Part shown: positions 18,565 to 27,778 of the stretch, piece by piece | Numbering within the stretch: the stretch's first letter is position 1 | Layout of the letters: every line of letters begins with the position of its first letter | Source of the DNA: Thermoflexus sp. | GTDB lineage: Bacteria > Chloroflexota > Anaerolineae > Aggregatilineales > Aggregatilineaceae | DNA: 64,000 nt | NCBI GenBank assembly: GCA_020724465.1 | Contig: DYGX01000006.1 | Location: 67,603-131,602 of the forward strand | Direction of reading: 5' to 3' | Notes under the pieces: generated by a model | What the model was told of the DNA's origin: nothing | Databases searched by the model: none | What the model saw: only the letters and a program-made list of their open reading frames with translations | Program-made: the position numbers and the translations under genes

Positions 18565-20658
18565 GTGGAGCGTTGGTATCGAACAGGGCGCCGGTGGCTC
18601 GCCAGAAAACTCATCGCAGGGATGATCGTCGCGCTCGCGCTGGGCGGGGTCGCGCCACGCGCCGACGCGCAGCAGGACGCCATCGACCGGGCGCGCTCCG
18701 TCGTCCAGCAGTGGCTGCAACACCGGCTCGGCAAGCCCGGCCTGCTGCTGATCGAGTATACCTACTCGCTGACCACCTGGCCGAACACCGCGCTCGGCTG
18801 CCCGGTCGAGGGGCAGACCTATGTCGAGGAGGAAGTCACCGGCTATCGCTGGACGTTCCTCTTCGACAATCTGGTGCGCTACGAAGTCCACAGCCGTCAG
18901 GACGGCAGCGACCCGGTCCTGTGCTGGGCGACCAGCATCACCGGCGATGTCCAGCTTGGTCTCTATACCTCGCCCGCCTTTGCGATCCTGGCGCCTGAAG
19001 CGTGGCTGGTCTTTCCCAACGAGAGCGGGAGCGAAGTGCTGTTCGCCCCACAGCAAGTACCGACCTGCGATCAGCCGGGGATGCGGGTTGTCGTGCTGGG
19101 GCGCATCGCCAGCAGCGTCACGGCGGACCAGCTTTTGACCGAGCGCCTGGCCGCGCTCGGCGCCGCCGACGATCCCGCCGCGCGCGAGGCGACCGGCACG
19201 CTCGGCCGCTCGACGGTGGTCGAAATGCCCTGCGAGGGAGCGCCGCGCCAGCTTAAGCTGACCGTGTTCGTTCACTACGGCATGGCCTACCAGGTCGAGC
19301 AGTGGGCGCCCGCCGCCCAGTTCGACCGCTGGAACGGGCTGTTCCGCAACATGCTGAGCCAGTTCACGCCGGGCACGGGCGCGCTGAGCGCCGCGCTCAT
19401 CCAGCCCACCCCGCCCGCTGCGGCAAGCGCCGAGTCTGCCGCGCCGGAATCGCAACCAGTGGCGCCGGATGGGGCGGCAGAAGCGAGCGAACAGCCGGAG
19501 AGCGACGCCCCGCCCCCGTTCGACCCGGCGGCGCTGCCCCCCCTGCCGCTGGCACACGTCTTCGTGGGCGACGTGTTCCTCGGCGCGCTCAACGACATCC
19601 CCGGGCGCAGCGTGACCAATGCGCCCGCCGTCGAGCACCGCTTCGTGACCTTCGCGCCGAGCGGGCTGGCGCTCGCCTTCATCGACGCGGACACCACGCA
19701 GCTCCGCATGCTGCCCGTCGCCAACATCTCGCCGCGCACCCTGGCGGACAACGTCGCGCCGGACTTTCCGCCCGCGTGGAGCCCGGACAGCGCCCAGATC
19801 GCCTTTGTCGCGCCAGAGCCGGACGGCGCGGATAGCACCACACGGACGCTCTACACGGTCCCGGCGCGGGGCGGTACGCCACAAGCCGCCGGCACATTCG
19901 CCTACCAGGGCGGGTGCGAGGCACCTGTGGCAGATGACCCCGCCGACGGCGCGCTGATGCGCGAAACCGGCCCGCTTGGGTGGCGCCCCGTGCTCGAATG
20001 GCTGCCCGGCGACCGGTTTCTGCTCTCCACCGGGTGCGCGGGCGGGCTGGCCCTGTTCGACCCGGCCAGCGGGCAGGCGACGCCGCTCGGCGACGATCTG
20101 CGCGGCGGCGTGCTCGCGCCGGACCGGTCCCGCTTCGCGGCGCGCGCGCCCGGCGGGCTGGTGATCGTCGAGCTGCCGGGCGGGGCGCGGACCGATCTCG
20201 GGTTGGGCAGCGGCGCGGGCGCGCTGGCCTGGGCCGCAGACGGATCGGCGTTGTTCTACGGCACCGAGACGCTCGCCGAACGCCGGACGCTCGAGGATCC
20301 GGCCGATCAGGCGCGCGGCGAGGCGGTGTTCGGCGTCTGGCCCGTCACGATCGGCGTCTACCATCTCAGCTTGGTGCGGCTGGATCTGGCCGGGCCGGTC
20401 GAAAGCACGCTCTGGCAGGGCCAGGGCCGCGCCATCGGGCAGATCGCCCCCGCCCCGGACGGCAGCGGCGTGCTGTTCAGCGTGATCCCCAGCAGCCTGC
20501 CGCTGGCCGAAGTGTTCCAGGCCGGCGGCGACGCGTTCGCGCTGATGAGCGTGCGCCCCACCGCCGCGCTGTTCTGGTTGCCGCGCGGGTCGAGCGTGGC
20601 CGTGCTGCTGTCTTATTCGGGCCAGCCAGCCTTCGCGCCGGTCACCGTCGGGCCATAA
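18565..20658 (+). CDS. Secreted multi-domain protein with a TolB/PD40-like beta-propeller
   Basis: Signal peptide ending ADA-QQ; WPNTALGCP small domain; PAWSPDSAQIAF, LAWAADGS and APDGSGVLF propeller repeats. Confidence 0.65.
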   Translation: MERWYRTGRRWLARKLIAGMIVALALGGVAPRADAQQDAIDRARSVVQQWLQHRLGKPGLLLIEYTYSLTTWPNTALGCPVEGQTYVEEEVTGYRWTFLFDNLVRYEVHSRQDGSDPVLCWATSITGDVQLGLYTSPAFAILAPEAWLVFPNESGSEVLFAPQQVPTCDQPGMRVVVLGRIASSVTADQLLTERLAALGAADDPAAREATGTLGRSTVVEMPCEGAPRQLKLTVFVHYGMAYQVEQWAPAAQFDRWNGLFRNMLSQFTPGTGALSAALIQPTPPAAASAESAAPESQPVAPDGAAEASEQPESDAPPPFDPAALPPLPLAHVFVGDVFLGALNDIPGRSVTNAPAVEHRFVTFAPSGLALAFIDADTTQLRMLPVANISPRTLADNVAPDFPPAWSPDSAQIAFVAPEPDGADSTTRTLYTVPARGGTPQAAGTFAYQGGCEAPVADDPADGALMRETGPLGWRPVLEWLPGDRFLLSTGCAGGLALFDPASGQATPLGDDLRGGVLAPDRSRFAARAPGGLVIVELPGGARTDLGLGSGAGALAWAADGSALFYGTETLAERRTLEDPADQARGEAVFGVWPVTIGVYHLSLVRLDLAGPVESTLWQGQGRAIGQIAPAPDGSGVLFSVIPSSLPLAEVFQAGGDAFALMSVRPTAALFWLPRGSSVAVLLSYSGQPAFAPVTVGP

Positions 20659-20732
20659 CAGCCGGTGAATTCCTCGAACAAGCAGGTATGCGTGAGTAAA
20701 GCGTGGCCGGAGCGCATCTCCGGCCGTAGGCG

Positions 20733-21089
20733 CTAGTCGGAGCGGAGCGAGTGCCAGAGGGCCAGGCGGTTGCCGCTGGGGTCGGCGAAGAACGCCATCT
20801 CGCCAAAATCACCCACCGGGAAGCGCGACGAGAGCGCCTTGCCGCCATTCGCCTCGATGCGACGCAGATCGGCGTCGATGTCGTCGCTCTCCAGGTAGAG
20901 AACGATGTGGCCCGGCTGGTAGAAGTCCTGAATGTCGGTCAGGCCGCCGCCGACATTCCCGGCATTCACAAGGGTATACGGAGCGGGTGCGTCCCGGTGC
21001 TCAAAAGTCCAGCCGAAGACATCGTAAAAGAATTGGGCCAGCACCTCACGATCTTTTGCGGGAATCTCGAAATGCACGATCGGGCGCAT
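20733..21089 (-). CDS. VOC family (glyoxalase/bleomycin resistance) protein
   Basis: IVHFEI, FFYDVFGW, IEANGGK and FADPSGNRLAL motifs; AGGAG RBS. Confidence 0.92.
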   Translation of the reverse strand: MRPIVHFEIPAKDREVLAQFFYDVFGWTFEHRDAPAPYTLVNAGNVGGGLTDIQDFYQPGHIVLYLESDDIDADLRRIEANGGKALSSRFPVGDFGEMAFFADPSGNRLALWHSLRSD

Positions 21090-21131
21090 GTCATGGATTC
21101 TCCTGGTAGGTCTTGCCGGTGTCATCTACTC

Positions 21132-21161
21132 ATGATAGCACAAATGTTCTGATTGAGTCAA
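21132..21161 (-). promoter_or_regulatory. sigma70 promoter containing a LexA (Cheo-type) box-like site
   Basis: The minus strand reads TTGACT-caatc-AGAACATTTGTGC-TATCAT. GAAC-N4-GTGC is one mismatch from GAAC-N4-GTTC. Confidence 0.65.
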
Positions 21162-21340
21162 TAGATCGGCTCCGTGCGTGAGCGAAACGTCCCGGCTTCG
21201 TAGGTTAACCGTAGCGCGCGATCGGTTGCTTTTGCCCTTCATCCTTCGTATGCTTGTTAGGGCGGCATGCGGTCTGGGCCGCTCGCCGCGCTGATGGGAA
21301 AAGACAAGCCACCCGGCGCCGCCGTGCCGGGAGCGGAGAA

Positions 21341-22870
21341 ATGGGACATCGCATGATTTTGAAGCGCAAACTCAGCCGGTGGCCGGTGGCGCTGGTAACC
21401 ATCGCCGCACTGGCTCTGCTGGCGGGCGCGTGCGGCAGCGAGGCCGAAACGCTGCGCGTGTATGTCACGCCCACGCCGCAGAACGCCGCCGACAACGAAG
21501 CGCAGAACGAGAACACGCTGGTCGTCCTCTCCAACGAGGTCCCCGGCGCCCGGCCCGATCAAGGCGCCGTCGCGACGGCCACCCCCGGATCGTTTGGGCC
21601 GATCATAACCGCCGCGCCGGCTTCGGAAACCGCGCCGCCGCCCAGCCCCACCCCGACCGCGACCACCGGGCCGAGCGCCACCCCGACCCCGTCGCCCACC
21701 GCGACCGTGTCGCCAACGGCCACGCTGGAGCCGACGCCAACTATCGCGGGCACGCCGCTGCCCACCTACAACGCCGATCTGATGGGCATTCAGATCAACG
21801 CCAACATGTCCAACGAGGACTTCGCCACGATGCTGTGGCTGACGCAGCGGTTGGGCGTCAAGTGGGTCAAGTTCCAGATGGCGTGGAAGGACATGGAGCC
21901 GGAGCGTGGCCAGCTCAGCGAGATGTTTTACCGCTATCGGGTCTTCGTGCAGGACGCGCACGCCGCCGGCTTCAACGTGATGCTGAGCATCGCCAAAGCA
22001 CCGGCCTGGGCGCGGGCCACCGCTGAGGAAGACGGCCCGCCCGCCAACCCGCAAGACCTGGCGACCTTCATCAACACGCTGATGAGCGAGGTCCGCACAG
22101 ACATCACCGGCCGATCCTATTTCGCTGCGATTGAAGTCTGGAACGAGCCGAATCTGCGCCGCGAGTGGAACGGTGCGGAGCTGAGCGGCGCGGCCTATAT
22201 GCGCCTCTTTGACGCCGCCTACCAGGCTATCCGCGCCGGCGAAGGGGGCGCGGGCGTGACGATCATCACCGCCGGGCTGGCGCCGACCGGCATCAACGAC
22301 GGTGTCCAGGCAGTCGCCGACCGCACCTTCCTGCGCCAGATGTACGCTGCCGGGCTGGCCGATCCCCGCTATCAGAATATCGCCATCGGCGTTCACCCTT
22401 ACGGCGCGGCCAACCCGCCCGACGCCCGCTGCTGCCCCAACTCGGGGAACGGCTACGACAACGATCCCACCTGGTTCTTCCTCGACACGCTGGAAGACTA
22501 TCACCGCATCATGCAGGAAAGCGGGGACCCGGGCCGCCAGTTGTGGGCAACTGAGTTCGGTTGGGGGACTTACGAGGGCTTCGTGGACGAGGAAGGGACG
22601 CCGGTCCCGCCCCCGGTCGATCCGCCTTACCTGGGCTGGCTCAGCCAGGAACAGCAGGCGCATTACATTCTGCGCGCCTTCGAGATCGCTCAGGACCTGC
22701 CGTATGTGGGCGTGATGGTGCTGTGGAACCTCAACTTCTCGGCGGCGCAGCACGTCATGGAAGGGAACCCGCAGGCATCCTACGCGCTGCTCATCCCCAA
22801 CGTGGTTGATCCGCTGCGCCCGGCGTTCAAGCTGCTCGAAGCGGCGCCCAAGGTCAGTTCCTCGCCATAG
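21341..22870 (+). CDS. Lipoprotein glycoside hydrolase (GH5/GH39-like, clan GH-A)
   Basis: Lipobox LLAGAC, long Pro/Thr linker, EVWNEPN, GVHPY and WATEFGW. Confidence 0.8.
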   Translation: MGHRMILKRKLSRWPVALVTIAALALLAGACGSEAETLRVYVTPTPQNAADNEAQNENTLVVLSNEVPGARPDQGAVATATPGSFGPIITAAPASETAPPPSPTPTATTGPSATPTPSPTATVSPTATLEPTPTIAGTPLPTYNADLMGIQINANMSNEDFATMLWLTQRLGVKWVKFQMAWKDMEPERGQLSEMFYRYRVFVQDAHAAGFNVMLSIAKAPAWARATAEEDGPPANPQDLATFINTLMSEVRTDITGRSYFAAIEVWNEPNLRREWNGAELSGAAYMRLFDAAYQAIRAGEGGAGVTIITAGLAPTGINDGVQAVADRTFLRQMYAAGLADPRYQNIAIGVHPYGAANPPDARCCPNSGNGYDNDPTWFFLDTLEDYHRIMQESGDPGRQLWATEFGWGTYEGFVDEEGTPVPPPVDPPYLGWLSQEQQAHYILRAFEIAQDLPYVGVMVLWNLNFSAAQHVMEGNPQASYALLIPNVVDPLRPAFKLLEAAPKVSSSP

Positions 22871-22900
22871 GCGCGAAGTCCACGCCGCACGCGATCATAA

Positions 22901-22929
22901 CGGGAGCGCGCTCGCCGAGTGCGCTCCCG
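22901..22929. terminator. Hairpin between convergent genes
   Basis: CGGGAGCGCGCTC-GCC-GAGTGCGCTCCCG; no U tract. Confidence 0.5.
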
Positions 22930-22977
22930 CTGCGTCTGGCTGTGGGTACGGTGGGTGGCCGCGCGGCCCCTGCCGTG

Positions 22978-23448
22978 TCAGTCTTCGCGGCTGGCGGCAA
23001 GCTGTTCCAGATGCTCCTCGTAGTGCCCGTAGGTGTTGCCCTCAATCCAGTCCACGAATGGGCGGCCGTTGGTCCAGGTGAAGCGGTGCGGGTCGAACAG
23101 GTCTGCGTCTGGCGCGGTTTCGATCAGCGCCAGCACATCCTCATACGCCTGGCGCTCGTCGCGCAGGATCTCGTCCAGCGGCCGGTCGCGGTTCTCGCGG
23201 AAGACCCGCGCGTTCAGCTCGTCGATCGTCGCCTCATACGCCGGGTCCAGTGTTGCGTCGCGCTGGAGCGTGGTCAAGATGCGGTGCACATGACGCTCCC
23301 AAAACCCGATGTGCGCCATCAGGTCTTTGAACGACCATCCGTTGTCAAGCTGTGGCTCTGTCCACTGCTCCCTGGGGATCTCGGCCAGGGCGGCTTCGAG
23401 TCGCGCGCGCCCCTCATGCACACGGCGCAGCAGTTCTGCTTTGTCCAT
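22978..23448 (-). CDS. DinB-superfamily (ClbS/DfsB-like) four-helix bundle protein
   Basis: GWSFKDLMAHIGFWE and NTYGHYEEH motifs. Confidence 0.85.
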   Translation of the reverse strand: MDKAELLRRVHEGRARLEAALAEIPREQWTEPQLDNGWSFKDLMAHIGFWERHVHRILTTLQRDATLDPAYEATIDELNARVFRENRDRPLDEILRDERQAYEDVLALIETAPDADLFDPHRFTWTNGRPFVDWIEGNTYGHYEEHLEQLAASRED

Positions 23449-23592
23449 ACGAACCGCCTTCCCTCTGCTTGTCGATAGGCAGAGTTTAGCGCACAAGCCG
23501 CCAACCCGCGCTATTTTCTGGAGGGCGCGTCATGCAAAACGGCCGGGCGTCATCCCGGCCGTACCTGCCTTCCTGGCGCGAGACGCGCTCGA

Positions 23593-25377
23593 TCAACGGG
23601 TGAGCAGGCGCAGCAAAGCCAGCAGCAGCGCGCTCCCTAGCCCGACCACGCCGGCCAGCCCCAGCACGATCAGCGCGCTGTTTTCCCACAGACGGTCGAA
23701 CATCGTCTGCACGTCCTGGCGGCCTTCGGGCGCCAGACTGACCTGCGGCGCTACCGCCCCCGGTTCGATGATCTCGACGGACTCGTCGATGGGCGCCAGA
23801 TCCGCCGCCACGCGCGGCGCGCGGCCTTCCAGCGCGCCGAAGTCCCACAGCACCTGCCCGCCTTTCAGCAGCGTCACCATCACGCGGTCCGGCGTGGTCG
23901 GCCCGTAGCCATCCGGCAGCGCGGCGCTGACCTCATAGGCGCCCGCCGGCAGATCGGTGCAGAGCGGGTCATCGCCAGCGGCCACCGTGAATGTGCGCGG
24001 CGGCTCCCCGCCGCGTGTCACGACGATCTCCGCGCCGTCCAGCCCGCTTTCACCCGCGTCGAGGCGGCCGTTTTCGTTCGTGTCCTCAAAAACCCGCACG
24101 CACAACGCGCCCGTCTCCGCCGTCAGATCGGGCGCGGCAGCGACCGCCTGCGCCGTCGGGCTGGCTGTGGCGGTGGGACGCAGCGTGGCGGTCATGCTCG
24201 GCGTGGCGGTTGGCGTGCTGGACGCAGCAGCCGCCTGCACCGCCGGCGACGCGGTCGGCGAGGCGGATGCGGTCGGCGAGGCGGATGCGGTCGGGCGCGG
24301 CGTAGACGTCGCCGGGCGCCGGATCCCCGTGCCGGGAGTGCGCGGCGTGACGGTCGGAACCGGCGTGGCGACCTGCCCGCCCGGAGCCGTCCTTGTGCGG
24401 ACCGGCGTGAGGCTGCCGCGCTCGGAGTCGCTCAGCAAACGGCCGGTCACCGGGTCCACCGATCCGGGCGGCAGAATCATAAGCTCGCGACCGGGGATCA
24501 ATAGCGCGGTCCGCGGCATGATGCCCTCGTTCAGCGCCGCGATCGACTCGCGAGTGACGCCGTACTGGGCGTAGGCATAGGCGATGCTGAACAGCGTGTC
24601 GCCCTGCTGGATGATGTGCACGATGCTCCCGTCCGGGCGCACGCCTTGCGGCACGACAAACGGCACTTCCTGGACGACCGGCGGCGGAGCACCCTCACCA
24701 CCTGCGCCCGCGGTGGGTGCTTCGTCGGTGCGCACCAACTGCGCGCTGTCCCAATAGACATTGTTCAGCGCCAGCCCCTGCGCCTGAGTCATGTACAGGA
24801 AGACGGTCACCGCGTCGCCCCGCGCCTCGGCCACCACGCTGAGCTGCGCCCATTGGTCGTAGGGCGCGGCGCTGCCCGACCAGACCACATTCGGCGACAG
24901 CGGGTCCGTGCCGCCCGTCGGGTCGATCCCCACCTTGACCGACGCGCCCGCCGCCGGATCCGAGCGGCGATAGGGGGGATCCGGAATGATGCAGGATGTG
25001 CTGGTATCGTTGCAGGTGTAGACCCAGGCCGACGCCGAGGCGCGCAGCCGCGTGCCGGGTTGCAGCCCGCTGACGCGCTGATAGCCCGCCGCGGTAAAAG
25101 CGGTGTAGCCCTGCTTTACGTTCCAGGAAACCTCGCCGTCCAGCACCTGGATGCGGTCGGTGTGGGGAAACGCCTCGGGCGCCCCGCCGCCAACCCACAG
25201 GCTCCAGCCATTTGGCGCGGTGCGGGTCGGCGCGCCCTGCCCGTAATACGGGCGTTCCAGCCCGCCGTTGACGAGCAGGTTGGTCTGCGCGGCTGTCTGG
25301 CCGGGCGCCCAGGCCAGCAGCCCGCCGATCAGCGCGAGAACAAGCGCAAAAGCCCCCAGCGGGCGCCATCTCATCAT
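23593..25377 (-). CDS. Cell-surface protein: CBM-like domain, LysM, Pro/Thr linker, SdrD-B-like domain, C-terminal TM anchor
   Basis: Signal peptide; NLLVNGGLE; HIIQQGDTLFSIA (LysM); VFEDTNENGRLDAGE (SdrD-B); hydrophobic tail. Confidence 0.8.
   Translation of the reverse strand: MMRWRPLGAFALVLALIGGLLAWAPGQTAAQTNLLVNGGLERPYYGQGAPTRTAPNGWSLWVGGGAPEAFPHTDRIQVLDGEVSWNVKQGYTAFTAAGYQRVSGLQPGTRLRASASAWVYTCNDTSTSCIIPDPPYRRSDPAAGASVKVGIDPTGGTDPLSPNVVWSGSAAPYDQWAQLSVVAEARGDAVTVFLYMTQAQGLALNNVYWDSAQLVRTDEAPTAGAGGEGAPPPVVQEVPFVVPQGVRPDGSIVHIIQQGDTLFSIAYAYAQYGVTRESIAALNEGIMPRTALLIPGRELMILPPGSVDPVTGRLLSDSERGSLTPVRTRTAPGGQVATPVPTVTPRTPGTGIRRPATSTPRPTASASPTASASPTASPAVQAAAASSTPTATPSMTATLRPTATASPTAQAVAAAPDLTAETGALCVRVFEDTNENGRLDAGESGLDGAEIVVTRGGEPPRTFTVAAGDDPLCTDLPAGAYEVSAALPDGYGPTTPDRVMVTLLKGGQVLWDFGALEGRAPRVAADLAPIDESVEIIEPGAVAPQVSLAPEGRQDVQTMFDRLWENSALIVLGLAGVVGLGSALLLALLRLLTR
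24251..24294. repeat. Perfect in-frame 18-bp tandem repeat (about 2.4 copies) in the linker
   Basis: GCGGTCGGCGAGGCGGAT x2 plus a partial copy; encodes PTASAS repeats. Confidence 0.85.
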
Positions 25378-25567
25378 CTCCACCAACTCCTGAGCCATTC
25401 CGACACTGAGGCCGACAAAAAACACACCAGGCCCGCAGCAACCATCAAGCAGCACTGGCGTGTTTCCCAAACTTCATCGGTGGCTGATTGCTCGCAGCCG
25501 GTCCAGCGAGGCGGAGTATACCACGACCCCGCACGCTGTCAACGCCGGGCGCGCCCGTGCAGACGCG

Positions 25568-26503
25568 CTACAACGGGGGAAGCGCCGCCGGCTGCGCGTC
25601 CGTGTCCGCCAGAAACGCATCGAGGTGATCGATGAGCGCTTCGGGCGCATCTTCGGCCAGCAGGTGCCCCGCCCGGTCCAGCAGGTGCGGACCGCGCGCC
25701 GTCAGGATGTGGCGCTTCCAGTGCCGGGCGACATCCGGCCCAAAGATCGGGTTGCGCGCGCCCCACAACAGCAGCGTCGGGATGTCTTCCAGCTCGGCCA
25801 GGCCGCGCTCGATCTCGCGCATGGCCGGCGCTGAGGGATGATCCGGCCCCAGCGGGATCAGGCGCGGAAACTGGACCAGCGCGGTCCGGCTGCGGTTGTC
25901 GCGAAAGGGCGCGCGGTAGCCGCCCAGCACGGCGGGGGTCAGGCGGCGGACCGTCTCGCGCTGCAGGACGACGGTCGGCGCCAGGTTGAAGGTCCGGAAC
26001 AGCAGCTCGCCCACGCCCGGCAGCGTCACAAAGCGCACCAGCCGCTCCATGCGCGGGGGATAGGAGTCCACGAATCCCCACGTGTTCATGATCACCAGAC
26101 GCCGGACGTTGGCGCAGCGCCGGATCGTGTAGCCCAGCGCCAGCGGACCGCCCCAGTCTTCCATGAGCAGCGTGATGCCGGTCAGACCGAGCGTGGTGAT
26201 CAGCTCCAGCAGGTTGTGGATATGGCGGCGCAGCGTGTGATAGCGCGCGCTGACCGGCTTGTCGCTCAGGCCGAAGCCGATGTGATCCATCGCAATGCAG
26301 CGGAAACCGCGCGCGGCGTAGTAGACCAGCAGCGCGCGGTAGGTGAAGCTCCAGGTCGGATATCCATGCACAAAGACCAGCACCTCGCCGTCGGGCGCGC
26401 CCTCGTCCACATAGTGCATCTGCCGGCCATCGCTCAGCGTGAGATAGCGTGATCGGAAGGGGTACAGGGCACGGGTCGGTTCGGGCAACACCACAGTTGC
26501 CAT
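25568..26503 (-). CDS. Alpha/beta hydrolase, haloalkane dehalogenase/OleB-like
   Basis: MHYVDEG, HGYPTWS, DHIGFGLSDKP, Asp nucleophile EDWGG and AGHLLAED. Confidence 0.85.
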   Translation of the reverse strand: MATVVLPEPTRALYPFRSRYLTLSDGRQMHYVDEGAPDGEVLVFVHGYPTWSFTYRALLVYYAARGFRCIAMDHIGFGLSDKPVSARYHTLRRHIHNLLELITTLGLTGITLLMEDWGGPLALGYTIRRCANVRRLVIMNTWGFVDSYPPRMERLVRFVTLPGVGELLFRTFNLAPTVVLQRETVRRLTPAVLGGYRAPFRDNRSRTALVQFPRLIPLGPDHPSAPAMREIERGLAELEDIPTLLLWGARNPIFGPDVARHWKRHILTARGPHLLDRAGHLLAEDAPEALIDHLDAFLADTDAQPAALPPL

Positions 26504-26744
26504 GGATATCCTTTCTCGCTTGCGTCGATCCTGCCAGCCCGCACTTGCCCAAGACCGCACCTGCCCAGTGCCCGGCGGGGATTGCGCGATTTTCATTGTA
26601 CGCCAGGTTGCCCATTCAGGGAACCGAGCGCCCGCCCCGCGTCGCGGGCCGACTTCACACAGATTTTAGAGACGCGGTATACTAAATCCGATACGGCGCG
26701 GCCGTTCTGCCTCACTCCCACCATGCAAGGAGCGAAGCCACCCT

Positions 26745-27713
26745 ATGGATGTTCTGTGTCTCGGAGAAGCCCTGATCGATTTCGTGTCCCGCGAGCGGGG
26801 CGCCACGCTGGTCACCGCGGTGCATTACTCGGCAGCCACGGGGGGCGCCCCGGCCAACGTCGCCGCTGGTCTGAGCAAGCTGGGGCGCCACGCCCGCCTG
26901 ATTGCCACCGTGGGCAGCGACGCATTTGGGCGCAAGATCGTGCACGACCTCGAGGCCGTCGGCGTTGACTGCGCGCTGCGTATGGACCCCGACCATTTCA
27001 CCACGCTGGCCTTCGTCAAACAGGGTGAGGAAGGCGACCGCGATTTTGAGTTTTGCTCCGGCGCGCACGATTATCTGCTGCCCGAACAGGTACGCGAAGA
27101 AGAGGTGCGCCAGGCCAAAGTGCTGCACTACGGCTCGATCAGCCTGCGCGCGCCGGTCTCGCGCGAGGCGACGCTCAAGGCGATCCGCATCGCCAAAGAC
27201 GCGGGCGTCGTCTGCTCGTGCGACCCCAACTGGCGCGCGAACCTGTGGCCGGATGCCGGCCAGGGGCGCGCCGCCATGCTCGAAGCCATCTCGCACGCCG
27301 ATATTCTGAAGATCAGCGGCGACGACCTGGCGTTTGTCGTGCCGGACGAACCGGATTTCAGCGCGGCGCTGAGCCGGGCCGGGTTCCGCGGGCGGCTGGC
27401 GGCGGTCACGCTGGGACGCGATGGATCGTGGTATCAGGCCGGCAGCCGGACCGGGCAGGTGCCCTCGCCCCATGTCCAGGTCGTCGAGACCACCGGGGCC
27501 GGTGACGCGTTCACCGCTTCGCTGCTCGACCGCCTGCTTGATGTGGATCTGAACGTCGACGCGCTGGCGGATGACGAGCTACACCAGATCGTGCAGCGTG
27601 CCTGTGCCGCCGGGGCGCTAACCGCCACCGGCTACGGCGCGATCCCATCGCTGCCGGACGCGCGCGGCATCGACGCCTTGCTGCGCATGGTGGGGGTTGA
27701 TGCGGGGCGTTGA
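26745..27713 (+). CDS. PfkB-family carbohydrate kinase (fructokinase-like)
   Basis: LGEALIDF, GGAPANVA, DPNWR and ETTGAGDAF motifs. Confidence 0.93.
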   Translation: MDVLCLGEALIDFVSRERGATLVTAVHYSAATGGAPANVAAGLSKLGRHARLIATVGSDAFGRKIVHDLEAVGVDCALRMDPDHFTTLAFVKQGEEGDRDFEFCSGAHDYLLPEQVREEEVRQAKVLHYGSISLRAPVSREATLKAIRIAKDAGVVCSCDPNWRANLWPDAGQGRAAMLEAISHADILKISGDDLAFVVPDEPDFSAALSRAGFRGRLAAVTLGRDGSWYQAGSRTGQVPSPHVQVVETTGAGDAFTASLLDRLLDVDLNVDALADDELHQIVQRACAAGALTATGYGAIPSLPDARGIDALLRMVGVDAGR

Positions 27714-27740
27714 TGCGCTCTCCGCCCCATCGATTGCCCG

Positions 27741-27766
27741 CCCCGGCCCGTGCCGGGGTGTTTTTT
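27741..27766 (+). terminator. Intrinsic terminator
   Basis: CCCCGGC-CCGT-GCCGGGG followed by TGTTTTTT. Confidence 0.75.
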
Positions 27767-27778
27767 CGCCGCGGACGC

